The notes below the pieces were generated by a model. It made no database searches and was not told the origin of the DNA. It saw nothing but the letters and a program-made list of their open reading frames with translations. 64,000 nt of DNA from contig CAYWDM010000001.1 of NCBI GenBank assembly GCA_964457085.1, positions 242,914 to 306,913 on the forward strand, in the 5' to 3' direction. Of this stretch, positions 49,321-59,729 are shown piece after piece (the first letter of the stretch is position 1; every line of letters starts with the position of its first letter). The DNA comes from an uncultured Pseudomonadales bacterium (GTDB lineage Bacteria > Patescibacteriota > Microgenomatia > UBA1400 > PJMF01). The translations under genes and the position numbers were made by a program.

Positions 49321-50833
49321 GTTGGGATCGATATTGCAGAGCCTCAGCAACTGACTCAACTCCAATTGGTTGTTCACCATTGTCGCCAAGACGTAAATCT
49401 TCAATGGTTCTGGCCACTTTCTTTAATTTACCCAAACCTCTCTCTGAGAGCTTAAGCTTAAACTGGGCTTGCTCTAACAGCAACGTCGCTGCATGATCTA
49501 ATTGCAACTGCGATATATTGTTGGCCCCATAGATCATTCCATTCAGAAAGCCATCTTGCCACCGTGCCTTTTGCTTGTTCCATGCCATTTGAACCAGCTG
49601 CTTCGCCTCTAAATAACTTTGCTCAGGTTGTTCCTGCGTCACATTTTGACTTGGTTGTACTCTAATACAAATATCAATGCGATCAAACCAAGCTGAAGAT
49701 AACTTTCTGAACTGCAACTGGCCAGTATGTGGGAGACAAGTACAAGTTCTACTTGTCGATCCAAGGTTGCCACAACGACAGGGATTTGCGGCTGCAACCA
49801 ACAAAAATCGTGCTGGAACTGTGGTTGCATCACCAGTCATCGCTGCCCCAAATTCAATCATGGCTTTGAGTGCCTCAAGTTGTTTAGTTGGAAAATCAAC
49901 AAACTCGTCTAAGAATAACACCCCCCGATCTGCAAGCGTTACTGCTCCCAAACGCTGTTGTCTGCCACCTCCAACTAGGTCGTGCAAACTGATCGAGTTA
50001 GTTGGTGAGCAGAGTGGTCTACTGATGTTTTGCACAGATAATTCAGCATTTTGCAGCGATGCAACTCTTAAAATACTCAGGGAGTCTGCACCTGATGGGG
50101 GAGGAAGTAAATCAACCAACAACTTTGCCATAGTAGTTTTACCAAAACCAGGGGGACCAATAAGACACAGATGATGCCAGCCAGCAGCAGCAATCAAAGC
50201 GGCACGCTTGAGTACTTGAGCATGTTGTAGTGAATCCCATTCTTTTTCAGAATCTAACTTTTTTGCGTCGACCACTGGTACATTTAGAACGTGACTCACA
50301 GTACGCAGGTACTGATTTATTTGTGGCTTCCAACCTGTCATCACCTCACCAATGTGTCCAATTCCATGGACATCTATACCAGAAATAAGCGATAGGAATC
50401 CGATACTTTGTTGGGCACACCACACTTGCTGGTATCCATGCAGCTTTGCTGCAATCACCAACTCAACAATTCCAGTTACTGGTTTCACAGTACCATCAAG
50501 ACCAAGCTCACCAATCCACAGCTGCTTATTGTGTATCTTAATTTTACTCGACAATAACTGCAGCTCACTCAAAAATGCCACCATCATGGCTAGTTCTAAA
50601 CCAGTACTTTTTTTGATTAACCCGGCTGGAGTTAAGTTAATTACATAGTGACATTGCGGGAGTCGTACACCTAAAAATTTTAGTGCTGATTTCAATCTTT
50701 CTTTCGCCTCTGTCACCATTTTTGCAGCCAAACCAACCACTATAATTTGCGGAATACCACGATATCTAATCAATTCAACCTGAACAAACTTTGACTCCCG
50801 ACCTGAAAGGAAAACACTTTGAACACACTGCAT
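49307..50833 (-). CDS. comM: YifB/ComM Mg-chelatase-like AAA ATPase
   Basis: EAKER, INL.PA, GELGLDG, GPPGFGKT, GVLFLDE, ANPC.CG, DRID, KVARTI.DL. Confidence 0.88.
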   Translation of the reverse strand: MQCVQSVFLSGRESKFVQVELIRYRGIPQIIVVGLAAKMVTEAKERLKSALKFLGVRLPQCHYVINLTPAGLIKKSTGLELAMMVAFLSELQLLSSKIKIHNKQLWIGELGLDGTVKPVTGIVELVIAAKLHGYQQVWCAQQSIGFLSLISGIDVHGIGHIGEVMTGWKPQINQYLRTVSHVLNVPVVDAKKLDSEKEWDSLQHAQVLKRAALIAAAGWHHLCLIGPPGFGKTTMAKLLVDLLPPPSGADSLSILRVASLQNAELSVQNISRPLCSPTNSISLHDLVGGGRQQRLGAVTLADRGVLFLDEFVDFPTKQLEALKAMIEFGAAMTGDATTVPARFLLVAAANPCRCGNLGSTSRTCTCLPHTGQLQFRKLSSAWFDRIDICIRVQPSQNVTQEQPEQSYLEAKQLVQMAWNKQKARWQDGFLNGMIYGANNISQLQLDHAATLLLEQAQFKLKLSERGLGKLKKVARTIEDLRLGDNGEQPIGVESVAEALQYRSQLIFS

Positions 50834-50879
50834 GTGGCTAGTATGTTCAAGAAAAGTGACAACTAACTAACAAAAAAAA

Positions 50880-51818
50880 TTATCTAGCAACTGCTGATAG
50901 AAAAGCAGCCTGATACGCCATCTGCAATGCCCCAAACACTGGGGGTTTATCTGGATATACCAATTTTCCCGTCGGGTACGTAGCTGCAAACCACAACGCT
51001 ATCCGGGTCCGTACAAATGATAGTGAATTAACACTACCAACCATGACACAGTCAAAAGCCTGATTTTTAAATGACAAGCCAGTCGCTACTGCAGACAGTA
51101 ATTGTTGGATATCTAAGATAGCTCCGATCATAATTTTATGAGCAACTCTGTCTCCATTTTCTGCTGCCTTTACCACGATCCGAGCAATCTCAGCCATTTC
51201 TCGCTTGCTGAATTCTGATCCATACACCACCGTTTTTAAATCAGAAGTTGAGGTACAGTTAAAATGTTGTAACAGTGGTTGTCGCAATGCTGTCAGTTCA
51301 CCACGACCGTCCGTTGCCTGCACCACAGCCTTGAGAGCACTGACACCAATGGCAAAACCAGAGCCCTCATCACTGAGCCAATAATCTAAACCCCCAGATT
51401 TTGCTTCCTGCCCTTGAGCATTTCTACCAATGCAGTTTGAACCTGTACCTGCAATCACCACCATAGCATTGGAGTTATCAGTACCACTTTTTAAAGCAAT
51501 CATGGCATCATTCACCATTGTCACCTCTGGGAATTGAAATCCTAGAAAAACCTCTGAAAAAGTGTTTTTTGCCTGATCTAGTTCAGCTGCAGTGTCCATA
51601 CCGGCCAAACCCATAACTACAGCTTCAAACCGTGGTGAGGCTAGTTCTTTCACTGCCTGACTAATTGCAGATTTTAAATTACCAACAGCTGTTGCCACAT
51701 CTGTAGTAGTGAGATTTGTCGGGCCAGACTTGCCTTTACCGATAATCTGGCCTTTTTCATCAGCACACCAAACCGCCGTTTTGCTACCACCACCATCAAT
51801 GCCAACAAAATATCCCAT
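50880..51818 (-). CDS. BadF/BadG-type N-acetylglucosamine kinase-like ATPase
   Basis: GIDGGGSKT, GLAG, VNDA, IAGTGS, DEGSG. Confidence 0.9.
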   Translation of the reverse strand: MGYFVGIDGGGSKTAVWCADEKGQIIGKGKSGPTNLTTTDVATAVGNLKSAISQAVKELASPRFEAVVMGLAGMDTAAELDQAKNTFSEVFLGFQFPEVTMVNDAMIALKSGTDNSNAMVVIAGTGSNCIGRNAQGQEAKSGGLDYWLSDEGSGFAIGVSALKAVVQATDGRGELTALRQPLLQHFNCTSTSDLKTVVYGSEFSKREMAEIARIVVKAAENGDRVAHKIMIGAILDIQQLLSAVATGLSFKNQAFDCVMVGSVNSLSFVRTRIALWFAATYPTGKLVYPDKPPVFGALQMAYQAAFLSAVAR

Positions 51819-51819
51819 A

Positions 51820-53823
51820 TTATAGTTCCGGTACTGGGGTAACTTGATTGGTATACCCCATAGCCCGCTTCCGCTGTATATACGATAAGATTAAATCCAC
51901 ATATACTGCGTGACTCCAAACCAATGGAGTAGCGGAGAGAGATTCTTCTGTGATTGGATCAAGTTGCTCAGCCAAAATCCCTGAAACATACTGATGATCA
52001 ACAATCCAGTTAATAATATTTTCAACATTCTGTAAATCTTCAACAGTGACGTCATTCTTATCAAGTAATCGCATACCCTCCCACATGGTAGTAATGAGCC
52101 ATGGGTTTGCTTTACCGGTAGCACTAAAGTATTTGTCGTGCTCGTAACGAATAATGCCACCCAAAGCTGTTGGGCTAGTTAATCGAGTAATCATCTGTTG
52201 ATGACTTGAAATAAAATGTGGCTCATCCTGTTCAAAAACACGGAAATACCACAGTCCAAAAATCGAACTTGCATCAACAATTTCATCAAGTTCCATGCCT
52301 GTATCAGTAACTATTGCCGTTCGTACAAAAGACTGCAGAGTTGGGCTATATAAATGGTCTACCATTGCCTGCTTAATCTCCTTAGCAGCTTGTCTGTATT
52401 CACGCATATGATTGCGCTTGCCCAAAAGCTCACTCATATCGGCCGCAGCCATCAGACCACCGTAAACTGCACTACAGGTGTAGGTTGAAATACCGATTTT
52501 TTCCTCCCATAAATCATATGAGGGTAGTGGCAAACCAGTATCAGTACTACGGAAGTGAATTAAAAACTGAGCAATTTTTTCAACTAATGGCTTATACAAT
52601 TCCTCGATAAACTCCAAGTCTTTACTCACCTTATAGTGGTTCCATAATGCCACCAAAACCGCTGCACTCTCATCCTCCTGAATAGGCAATTGTAAGATTC
52701 GATCTTTGAGCCACCCTTTTTGAGCAGTAGTGGAATGCCACGTTGAACCTAAACTCTGATCTGAGTTAAATCGATGGTGTAAATACCCATCAGGATGTAA
52801 TACATCCATGCAAAAGCGGAAAAATGGTTTGGTTACTTCAGTAAAGCCTGCCTTATCTAAATTACAGACAATGAAAGCTGCATCACGAGGCCACATATAG
52901 GTGTAGTCATCTTTACCATATTCAATCATTTCACTATCAGCTGAAGCGATAATGCTACCTCGATTATCAGTATGAGCCCTCAGTATAAATAAAGATGTAT
53001 CCAGCAATTTTTTCTGTTCTGGGGATAAAATTTCTGCGTCAATAACCCGCTCATTTAACCACGCATGCCAAAAATCTTCTGTAGAGTGCAACATGCCTTC
53101 AGGTGTTTTTTCATCAACCATAGCATTTAGCTCATAGGCCTCAGACAGTGACTCGCCAACACAAATCCAGTAATAGACGCGTGTTTTTGATTTAGCAGCT
53201 GCAGCGGTAGTCAAACGAAATACACTGTCTACGCTGCCATGCTCTACAGCATTTTTGCCAAGTTCACCATCTTCAGCATCACGAAATGACCCTTCTTTAC
53301 CATCAAACTCGAATGCTCCCATCGAGTAATCATCAATCCCCATACCGGCTTCAGTCTTTCCATTGACCACGAACACCCGACGACCGCGATAATGCACTAC
53401 CGAGTTATGAGTTGGATCATAAAATACTGTATTGCGTTTCTTATTTTCGCTGATGTGAAAAACTTGATGAAAAAATATTTTAATTTGTTTGTCTGTTTCA
53501 GAATGGTTATAAATATCTACCTGACGTATAAAAACAGCTGATTCGTTATAAACGACATCCTCCATCACCAAACTGATTTGCAGTGCGTCGTTTTTGCAAA
53601 CCAAATATCCAACCATTGTTTCAGGTTTATACCCGAGTGTAATCACCCAGCTACCATCATCGAGCCAAGCAAATGTATCGCCTGCCATGACTCCAATTCG
53701 ATGTTTATTACCACTGACATGATTCTCCAAACCAACATAGGGGTAATGCATGTCACGCACATACCCAAATTTATCCAGGGTGACTAAAAAACGACCATTT
53801 CCAAACACTAAAGCTCTTGCCAT
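51820..53823 (-). CDS. Glycoside hydrolase family 15 (glucoamylase-like)
   Basis: Y.Y.WPRD, QEDE, DLWEE, LAEQ, PL.WSHA. Confidence 0.92.
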   Translation of the reverse strand: MARALVFGNGRFLVTLDKFGYVRDMHYPYVGLENHVSGNKHRIGVMAGDTFAWLDDGSWVITLGYKPETMVGYLVCKNDALQISLVMEDVVYNESAVFIRQVDIYNHSETDKQIKIFFHQVFHISENKKRNTVFYDPTHNSVVHYRGRRVFVVNGKTEAGMGIDDYSMGAFEFDGKEGSFRDAEDGELGKNAVEHGSVDSVFRLTTAAAAKSKTRVYYWICVGESLSEAYELNAMVDEKTPEGMLHSTEDFWHAWLNERVIDAEILSPEQKKLLDTSLFILRAHTDNRGSIIASADSEMIEYGKDDYTYMWPRDAAFIVCNLDKAGFTEVTKPFFRFCMDVLHPDGYLHHRFNSDQSLGSTWHSTTAQKGWLKDRILQLPIQEDESAAVLVALWNHYKVSKDLEFIEELYKPLVEKIAQFLIHFRSTDTGLPLPSYDLWEEKIGISTYTCSAVYGGLMAAADMSELLGKRNHMREYRQAAKEIKQAMVDHLYSPTLQSFVRTAIVTDTGMELDEIVDASSIFGLWYFRVFEQDEPHFISSHQQMITRLTSPTALGGIIRYEHDKYFSATGKANPWLITTMWEGMRLLDKNDVTVEDLQNVENIINWIVDHQYVSGILAEQLDPITEESLSATPLVWSHAVYVDLILSYIQRKRAMGYTNQVTPVPEL

Positions 53824-53842
53824 AACAGTATTATTCCTTATT

Positions 53843-55150
53843 TTATGAACTAGCCGCAACTGTCAAAGTGTCAGATGTAACACTTTTTTCTGCCAATTGT
53901 GCCCGTAGATCTGCCAATACGATTGCATACCGTCGATAGGCCTCAAATGGCGAGCCATAGGGACTAAAATAAGCATGCACATCGCCATCAGCAGCCCATT
54001 TAGTACACATATAGTAGAAATGGTCACTGGTTTGGAGTTTACGCCAAGTCTCCAGTAGTTGTTTGTCGCCCAAAGCAAGTAACTTAGATTCCATCGAGGC
54101 AATAATTCTTAGTGAATCCTGTTGCAATTCATTTGCAGTCCATGCAGTCAAATCTCGATCTACATCTGCCCAAGAAATAGGTTGTGGGACATCATAAACT
54201 AGCTTTTTTAACGAAGCTGCGATCTTGCCACTTCGTTGGTGGGTAAGTCGGCGAGATTTGAGTTGCTGATGCTGCCAAGAAACAAATAGTTGGCTGGGTG
54301 TCTGGCAACTATTCCATGACGACTCCAAAAACTGATGTATTAACACAGCAAAGAACTCAAAAATACCACTATCAGCCCACTGATGTTCTCCAAACGTTTC
54401 AAAATCCATAAACAAGTTCACTATTTCGTCTTCACGATATAAAGACAGCCACTTGAGGTATTTGTCCACGGTCAGAGGGTGATCGACCCAACTTTTATCA
54501 CTAAAGCGAAAAGCAATATCATCAGAGAGCTGTGCATGCTTCAAGAGTAGGGGGAGCACTTGCTCTGTGCCACCGAGCTTATATGGATGACTCACAAAAA
54601 GCTGCGTTCTGGGACGATTATCAAGATAACGGTCTACCGCCTCAGTTAACATTCCTAGGTATCCTAATTTTCCAACCAAATATCCAACATGGTCTGAGTA
54701 AATCAGCTCAGTGTTGCGAAAGACTTTTGGCTTAACTCGGAACAACTTCCAAATTATTTGTCGATGTAATTCTATTTGGGCAGCAAATTCGGTTTCGGAA
54801 TATAAAAAGGCGAGTGAGTGATAAAAAGTCTCTGCCAATAGTTCTACCCGGCCAGTTTTGACTAAACGTTTCAATAATACTATTACCTCTGGTTCAAATT
54901 CTTGAGCTTGAGTTAAAAACACACCAGAACATGACAGTGCAAAACAAAAACGTGGCTCTTGCTGCAGCAGTTTTTCAAGCAGCTGTAACATAGGCAAATA
55001 TGACTTGGCAGCTACTTTTTTGAAAATAGCCTCATTGCCAGTTTTACCTGATTTATGAAAAAAATCCTTGCCGTTACCAAGATCAAAGATCTCAAAATTA
55101 CCTATACGATAAGGTTGATGCAGCTGAAAATATAGACAAATCTGAGGCAT
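53843..55150 (-). CDS. Glycoside hydrolase family 57 (alpha-amylase-like)
   Basis: HQP, ETFYHSL, FRNTEL, DFETFGEHQ, QTSDHFYYM. Confidence 0.93.
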   Translation of the reverse strand: MPQICLYFQLHQPYRIGNFEIFDLGNGKDFFHKSGKTGNEAIFKKVAAKSYLPMLQLLEKLLQQEPRFCFALSCSGVFLTQAQEFEPEVIVLLKRLVKTGRVELLAETFYHSLAFLYSETEFAAQIELHRQIIWKLFRVKPKVFRNTELIYSDHVGYLVGKLGYLGMLTEAVDRYLDNRPRTQLFVSHPYKLGGTEQVLPLLLKHAQLSDDIAFRFSDKSWVDHPLTVDKYLKWLSLYREDEIVNLFMDFETFGEHQWADSGIFEFFAVLIHQFLESSWNSCQTPSQLFVSWQHQQLKSRRLTHQRSGKIAASLKKLVYDVPQPISWADVDRDLTAWTANELQQDSLRIIASMESKLLALGDKQLLETWRKLQTSDHFYYMCTKWAADGDVHAYFSPYGSPFEAYRRYAIVLADLRAQLAEKSVTSDTLTVAASS

Positions 55151-55193
55151 AAATTTAATCAATTAGCATGAACAACTCTATGCAGGATAAAGC

Positions 55194-56432
55194 TTAGCGA
55201 CGACCAAACAACTTACTATATACAGACTTAATCTTGTTGGCGGCACTATGCCAAGTCACCCGCTGCACTTCCTCAAGTTGTCGGTCAATGACCCCATGGG
55301 CATACTTAGGCTGGGAAATCAGCTGCACCACCTGATTGGTCATGGCCTCAATATCCCAAAAATCAACTGAGATTGCACTAGGCATCACCTCAGCAACACC
55401 AGTGTTTCTTGAAACAATTACTGGAGTATGCCGTTGTGCAGCTTCAAGTGCTACCAATCCAAATGGCTCAGACAACGAGGGCATTACGAATACATCAGCC
55501 CGATCAAGCAATCGATTGCGCTGTGCGTCGCGCAGAAATCCGCTAAATAATACCGTGGCAGTTAATTTTGTGTCTGCCGTCTTGAAGAGTAACTCATGAT
55601 AGAGATCGCCCGAACCAGCAATCATGAACAACACATCTGGAATTTTCGCGTGGACTGCTCGTGCCATCTTCAAAAAATATTCGGTACCTTTTTGGGAGGT
55701 GAGCCGACCCATAAACACCACTAATGGCCGACGAGGTGCAAAAGCAGACTTGTTTGAGTCAATATGCTCGGCAGGAAAAATACCATTATGAATCACCTCA
55801 ATCTTATTTGGGTTGATGTGGTATTTATCCACCAACAACTGCTTAGTGTAATAGCTTACCGCCACCACCATATCTGACCGCATCATGCCTTCATACTCAC
55901 TTCGCATGATATAGGGGCTCCCATTTCCAGAGGGAATTCGGTCATATTCGGTTGAATGAATATGAGCAATCATTGGCTTACCAGTACTTTGTTTTAATTT
56001 AATTGCAGCAGGAAATGACATCCAATCGTGTGCATGAATCACATCATATTGTGAAGCTAGTTTTTGACCATCATGATCAACTAGTTTCGCATAATCATCG
56101 ACTTTTTGCTCCATTTTAGAGGCAGGCAATGCCCGTAAATCAAAGGCAGCAATAGTTTTTTTGGCATCCGCCTGAGTATCTTCAGGAATCATTGCCGATG
56201 CATATGATGAAAATGGAGGCTTGCCTGGTGTATGCCAATCTGGACTAAAACAACTCAATACTTGCAAATGACTTGCATCGATTGTGGTCTGGTAGGGTAG
56301 TGTTAGATAAATTTGAGTGTTTTGACCAGCCAATGCTCTGGTCATACCCTCAGTAGCTACTCCAAGACCACCACTATTGTGTGGCGGGTACTCCCAACCA
56401 ATCATCAGTACTCGATGTGAAACTTGTGACAT
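55194..56432 (-). CDS. GT4 glycosyltransferase (glycogen synthase-like)
   Basis: GWEYPP..SGGLG, HAHDW, GR...QKG, EPFGLV.LEA. Confidence 0.92.
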   Translation of the reverse strand: MSQVSHRVLMIGWEYPPHNSGGLGVATEGMTRALAGQNTQIYLTLPYQTTIDASHLQVLSCFSPDWHTPGKPPFSSYASAMIPEDTQADAKKTIAAFDLRALPASKMEQKVDDYAKLVDHDGQKLASQYDVIHAHDWMSFPAAIKLKQSTGKPMIAHIHSTEYDRIPSGNGSPYIMRSEYEGMMRSDMVVAVSYYTKQLLVDKYHINPNKIEVIHNGIFPAEHIDSNKSAFAPRRPLVVFMGRLTSQKGTEYFLKMARAVHAKIPDVLFMIAGSGDLYHELLFKTADTKLTATVLFSGFLRDAQRNRLLDRADVFVMPSLSEPFGLVALEAAQRHTPVIVSRNTGVAEVMPSAISVDFWDIEAMTNQVVQLISQPKYAHGVIDRQLEEVQRVTWHSAANKIKSVYSKLFGRR

Positions 56433-56537
56433 TCGATGCGATTTGTTTTCAGTCTTGTTTTTTGCGACTTATGCCACCAAAAACAGGAGCTGAAACAGCC
56501 TGTTCTGTAATCCAGTGTAGCGAAAAAAAGCACTGCA

Positions 56538-57803
56538 TTGCAAGAGGAACTTGCCATCCAAACTGCTATAATCACCACTGTGTTAGACACTTTTATCTAC
56601 GAACTCAAAAAACCATATCATTTTGTAAAAACTGGATTGCTCCGTGCCCTCCCTGCAGCTATTAAATACGGCTTCCCAGCCAACAAACTTAAAATCATTG
56701 CCATCACTGGTACTGATGGCAAAACCACCTCAACTACGTTGACGTACCACATCCTAAAAGCTGCTGGATATAAAGTTGCCTTGATTTCTACCGTCGCCGC
56801 CTACATCGGAGATAAACAGATTGAAACTGGACTGCATGTCACCACTCCAGAGCCAGATCAGCTGCAAGCTCTAATGGCTAAAATGGTTTCGAAAGGTGTG
56901 GAGTACCTCGTTTTGGAATTCACTTCGCATGGTTCTTATCAGCAACGCTTGTTTGCTTCAAAACCTTTCTTGACTGGTCTGACCAATATCAATCATGAAC
57001 ACCTCGACTATCATCGCACTTTCCAAAACTACCTTGAAGCAAAAGTAGACTATCTCAAACAAGCAAAAACCATTATTCTCAACCGTGACGACAGTTCGTT
57101 TTCCAAAGTAAAACGCTATCTCACCACTGGCAAGCACTCGATCATTCCCTACAGTCATGAGGACTCACTACCAAAAATCATTACAGATGCAATTAAAGCC
57201 CGCTTTGACGAACCATACAATCGCATGAATGCTCGATTGGCGGTAACCATTGCTAGTCATCTTGGAGTTGATTCAAAAACTATCGCTGCCGCACTTCCCA
57301 GTTTTGAAGGTGTTCCAGGCCGCATGGAACTAGTACCTAACCGCCGTGGCCTTAAAATTGTAGTAGATTTTGCCCATACTCCTCAAGCACTCGAAGGAGC
57401 CCTGTTATCGCTTCGCAAACAAATGCAGCGTGAAAAAAGCGGAGGTCGCCTAATCGCAGTCTTTGGGTGTGCTGGACTTCGAGATCGTCAAAAACGACCA
57501 ATGATGGGCAAAATTGCTGTCGATATTGCCGACATAGCGGTTTTTACTGCAGAAGACCCCCGAACTGAAAATATCTGGTCAATTATTCGCCAAATGAAGG
57601 AGCAGCTAACCGAAGGACACAACAAGATAGTTTCCATCGCTGACCGCAGGGAGGCAATTGCATTTACACTCAGTAAGCTTGTCCATCGCGGTGATGTGGT
57701 TGGGTTTTTTGGCAAAGGTCCTGAAAAAAGTATTTGCTATGGCACCACTGAATATCCTTGGAGCGATAGAGAAGTGATTGAACAATGTTTGTCCTCGACC
57801 TAG
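56538..57803 (+). CDS. murE: UDP-MurNAc-dipeptide:diamino acid ligase
   Basis: TGTDGKTT, TTP, E.TSH, EHLDYH, GRME, DFAHTP, EDPR. Confidence 0.9.
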   Translation: MQEELAIQTAIITTVLDTFIYELKKPYHFVKTGLLRALPAAIKYGFPANKLKIIAITGTDGKTTSTTLTYHILKAAGYKVALISTVAAYIGDKQIETGLHVTTPEPDQLQALMAKMVSKGVEYLVLEFTSHGSYQQRLFASKPFLTGLTNINHEHLDYHRTFQNYLEAKVDYLKQAKTIILNRDDSSFSKVKRYLTTGKHSIIPYSHEDSLPKIITDAIKARFDEPYNRMNARLAVTIASHLGVDSKTIAAALPSFEGVPGRMELVPNRRGLKIVVDFAHTPQALEGALLSLRKQMQREKSGGRLIAVFGCAGLRDRQKRPMMGKIAVDIADIAVFTAEDPRTENIWSIIRQMKEQLTEGHNKIVSIADRREAIAFTLSKLVHRGDVVGFFGKGPEKSICYGTTEYPWSDREVIEQCLSST

Positions 57804-59230
57804 ATCGTTTTCAGCAATTCTACTTGGTGGGAATCAAGGGTGTGGCAATGGCTGCATTAGCACAGCTATTAACCGATGCTGGCAAACACGTCAGTGGCTG
57901 TGACGTCGCCGAAGATTTTGTCACTAAAGGTGTGCTTAACACTTTGAGTTGTCAGATAGATGTAGGTTTTGGTCATCAGCTGCCCGATAATGCACAATGT
58001 GTGATCTATACTGCTGCTCACCACGGTCTCGACAACCCCATGGTGCAACAAGCTATCGAGAAGCATATTCCCTCTGCCTCACATGCTGAAGCTCTTGCTT
58101 TTTATCTCAATCAAAAACGAGGCATTGCAGTTTGCGGTGTCGGTGGTAAATCCACAGTCTCAGCCATGATTTCCTGGATTTTGGAAAAAACTAACCGGCA
58201 TCCAGGATATGCTGTCGGTGTAGGCAAAATCGTGGGCCTAGAAAAAACCGGCAAGTGGTCTACAGAATCTGATTTATTTGTGGCAGAGGCTGATGAGTAT
58301 GCTATTGACCCAGCTGCACCAAAAAAAGGCGAGCCAATGATTCCTCGATTTGGCTTCATGAAGCCTATGGTGACAGTCTGTACAAATCTCAACTTTGATC
58401 ACCCGGATGTCTACAAAGACTTTAATCACACCAAACAAGTATTTGCTAAATTTTTCCTTGCCATCAAGGAACGTGGTGAATTAATTATTAATGCCGACAA
58501 CTTAGACTTAGTGGAACTGGTTGACTCATTACAACCATATCTTGATGAACACGAGGTAAAAGTATGGACCTATGGCAGCTCAGAACTAGCAAAAATTAAA
58601 TTACTTAATTACACAACGGGCGAAGGCCATAACCAGGCAGATTTTACCTATAAGAATAAGAGTTATTCGCTGAAATTACCACTTCCCGGAAAATTTAACT
58701 GCATGAATGCCATTGCAGCTATTACTGCATGCTTGGCAGTTGGTGTTCCGATTGTAGACAGCATTGCGGCCCTAGCTGAATTTCACTCCACCATGAGACG
58801 ATTTGAATATGTTGGCGAGAAAAACGGAGTCAGATTCTATGACGACTATGCCCATCACCCCAATGAAGTGGCTAGCGTCATTAAAGCCATCACTGAGTGG
58901 TATCCCAATCGTCGTGTGGTGATTGCTTTTCAATCACACACTTTTTCTCGAACCAAACAGTTATTTAACGAATTTGTGACCGCTTTTGGCGAAGCCAAAG
59001 AAGTAGTAATGATTGATATTTTTCCTTCCGCACGCGAAGCATTTGACCCGAGTGTAACTAGTACACAACTCTGTGAAGCTATAACTGCAGCACATCCTCA
59101 AGTCAGTACTCTAAATCTTCTGACCATTCCAAAACTGGCAGCCTACCTACAACAGACACTCAAACCCGGTGATATTTGCCTAACTGTCGGTGCGGGGGAC
59201 ATCTACCAAGTTCACCAACTGATTGTTTAA
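57785..59230 (+). CDS. murC: UDP-N-acetylmuramate--L-alanine ligase
   Basis: GIKG..M, GKST, EADEY, DHPD, RRFE, DDYAHHP.E, FQ.HT.SRT, GAGD. Confidence 0.93.
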   Translation: MFVLDLDRFQQFYLVGIKGVAMAALAQLLTDAGKHVSGCDVAEDFVTKGVLNTLSCQIDVGFGHQLPDNAQCVIYTAAHHGLDNPMVQQAIEKHIPSASHAEALAFYLNQKRGIAVCGVGGKSTVSAMISWILEKTNRHPGYAVGVGKIVGLEKTGKWSTESDLFVAEADEYAIDPAAPKKGEPMIPRFGFMKPMVTVCTNLNFDHPDVYKDFNHTKQVFAKFFLAIKERGELIINADNLDLVELVDSLQPYLDEHEVKVWTYGSSELAKIKLLNYTTGEGHNQADFTYKNKSYSLKLPLPGKFNCMNAIAAITACLAVGVPIVDSIAALAEFHSTMRRFEYVGEKNGVRFYDDYAHHPNEVASVIKAITEWYPNRRVVIAFQSHTFSRTKQLFNEFVTAFGEAKEVVMIDIFPSAREAFDPSVTSTQLCEAITAAHPQVSTLNLLTIPKLAAYLQQTLKPGDICLTVGAGDIYQVHQLIV

Positions 59231-59307
59231 CAAGCATAAAAAATCAGTAGGCAGCAACCCCGCTTGAGTGTATAATCTCGGTTTGTACAAATTGTACGAA
59301 ACGCGCC

Positions 59308-59391
59308 GCCTCTGTGGCGAAATCGGTAGACGCGCGAGACTTAAAATCTCGTTCTAGCAATAGAGTGTGGGTTCGATTCCCACCGGAGGCA
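59308..59391 (+). tRNA. tRNA-Leu(TAA)
   Basis: GCCTCTG/CGGAGGC acceptor, CGAGA-CTTAAAA-TCTCG, long variable arm. Confidence 0.96.
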
Positions 59392-59393
59392 CT

Positions 59394-59645
59394 ATGACAG
59401 ACAAACAATTCGTCATCCAACAATTGCGTATTGATAAAATCATTTACGCAGTCGAGGCAACCGCAATTGCAGTTAGTTGTTTGGTCGGCGTAGTTTTGGC
59501 AAGCGTTTTCTTCCGCGGTGTAGCACAAGCCAGTATCGTGATGCTGCTTGGTTTCATCTGCTTTGCATATACGCTATACATGGGGCTTGGCAATTTGCGC
59601 AGATTGCGTAAAATCAAGCAACTAGAACGCAGCTTAATAAACTAG
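59394..59645 (+). CDS. Small two-TM membrane protein (83 aa)
   Basis: ORF fills the gap between tRNA-Leu and tRNA-Pro; two hydrophobic helices. Confidence 0.7.
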   Translation: MTDKQFVIQQLRIDKIIYAVEATAIAVSCLVGVVLASVFFRGVAQASIVMLLGFICFAYTLYMGLGNLRRLRKIKQLERSLIN

Positions 59646-59655
59646 GCAAATACAT

Positions 59656-59729
59656 CGGGGAATAGCTCAGATGGCTAGAGCGTACGGTTTGGGACCGTAA
59701 GGCCGGAGGTTCGAGTCCTCTTTCCCCGA
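59656..59729 (+). tRNA. tRNA-Pro(TGG)
   Basis: CGGGGAA/TTCCCCG acceptor, TACGG-TTTGGGA-CCGTA. Confidence 0.97.

Noticed and set aside
56538-57803. MurE EDPR instead of DNPR as a sign of a novel stem peptide
   Set aside because: Variation at this motif is known and specificity cannot be determined from sequence alone.
59244-59528. 94-aa minus-strand ORF
   Set aside because: Shadow of tRNA-Leu(TAA) and the plus-strand membrane gene.
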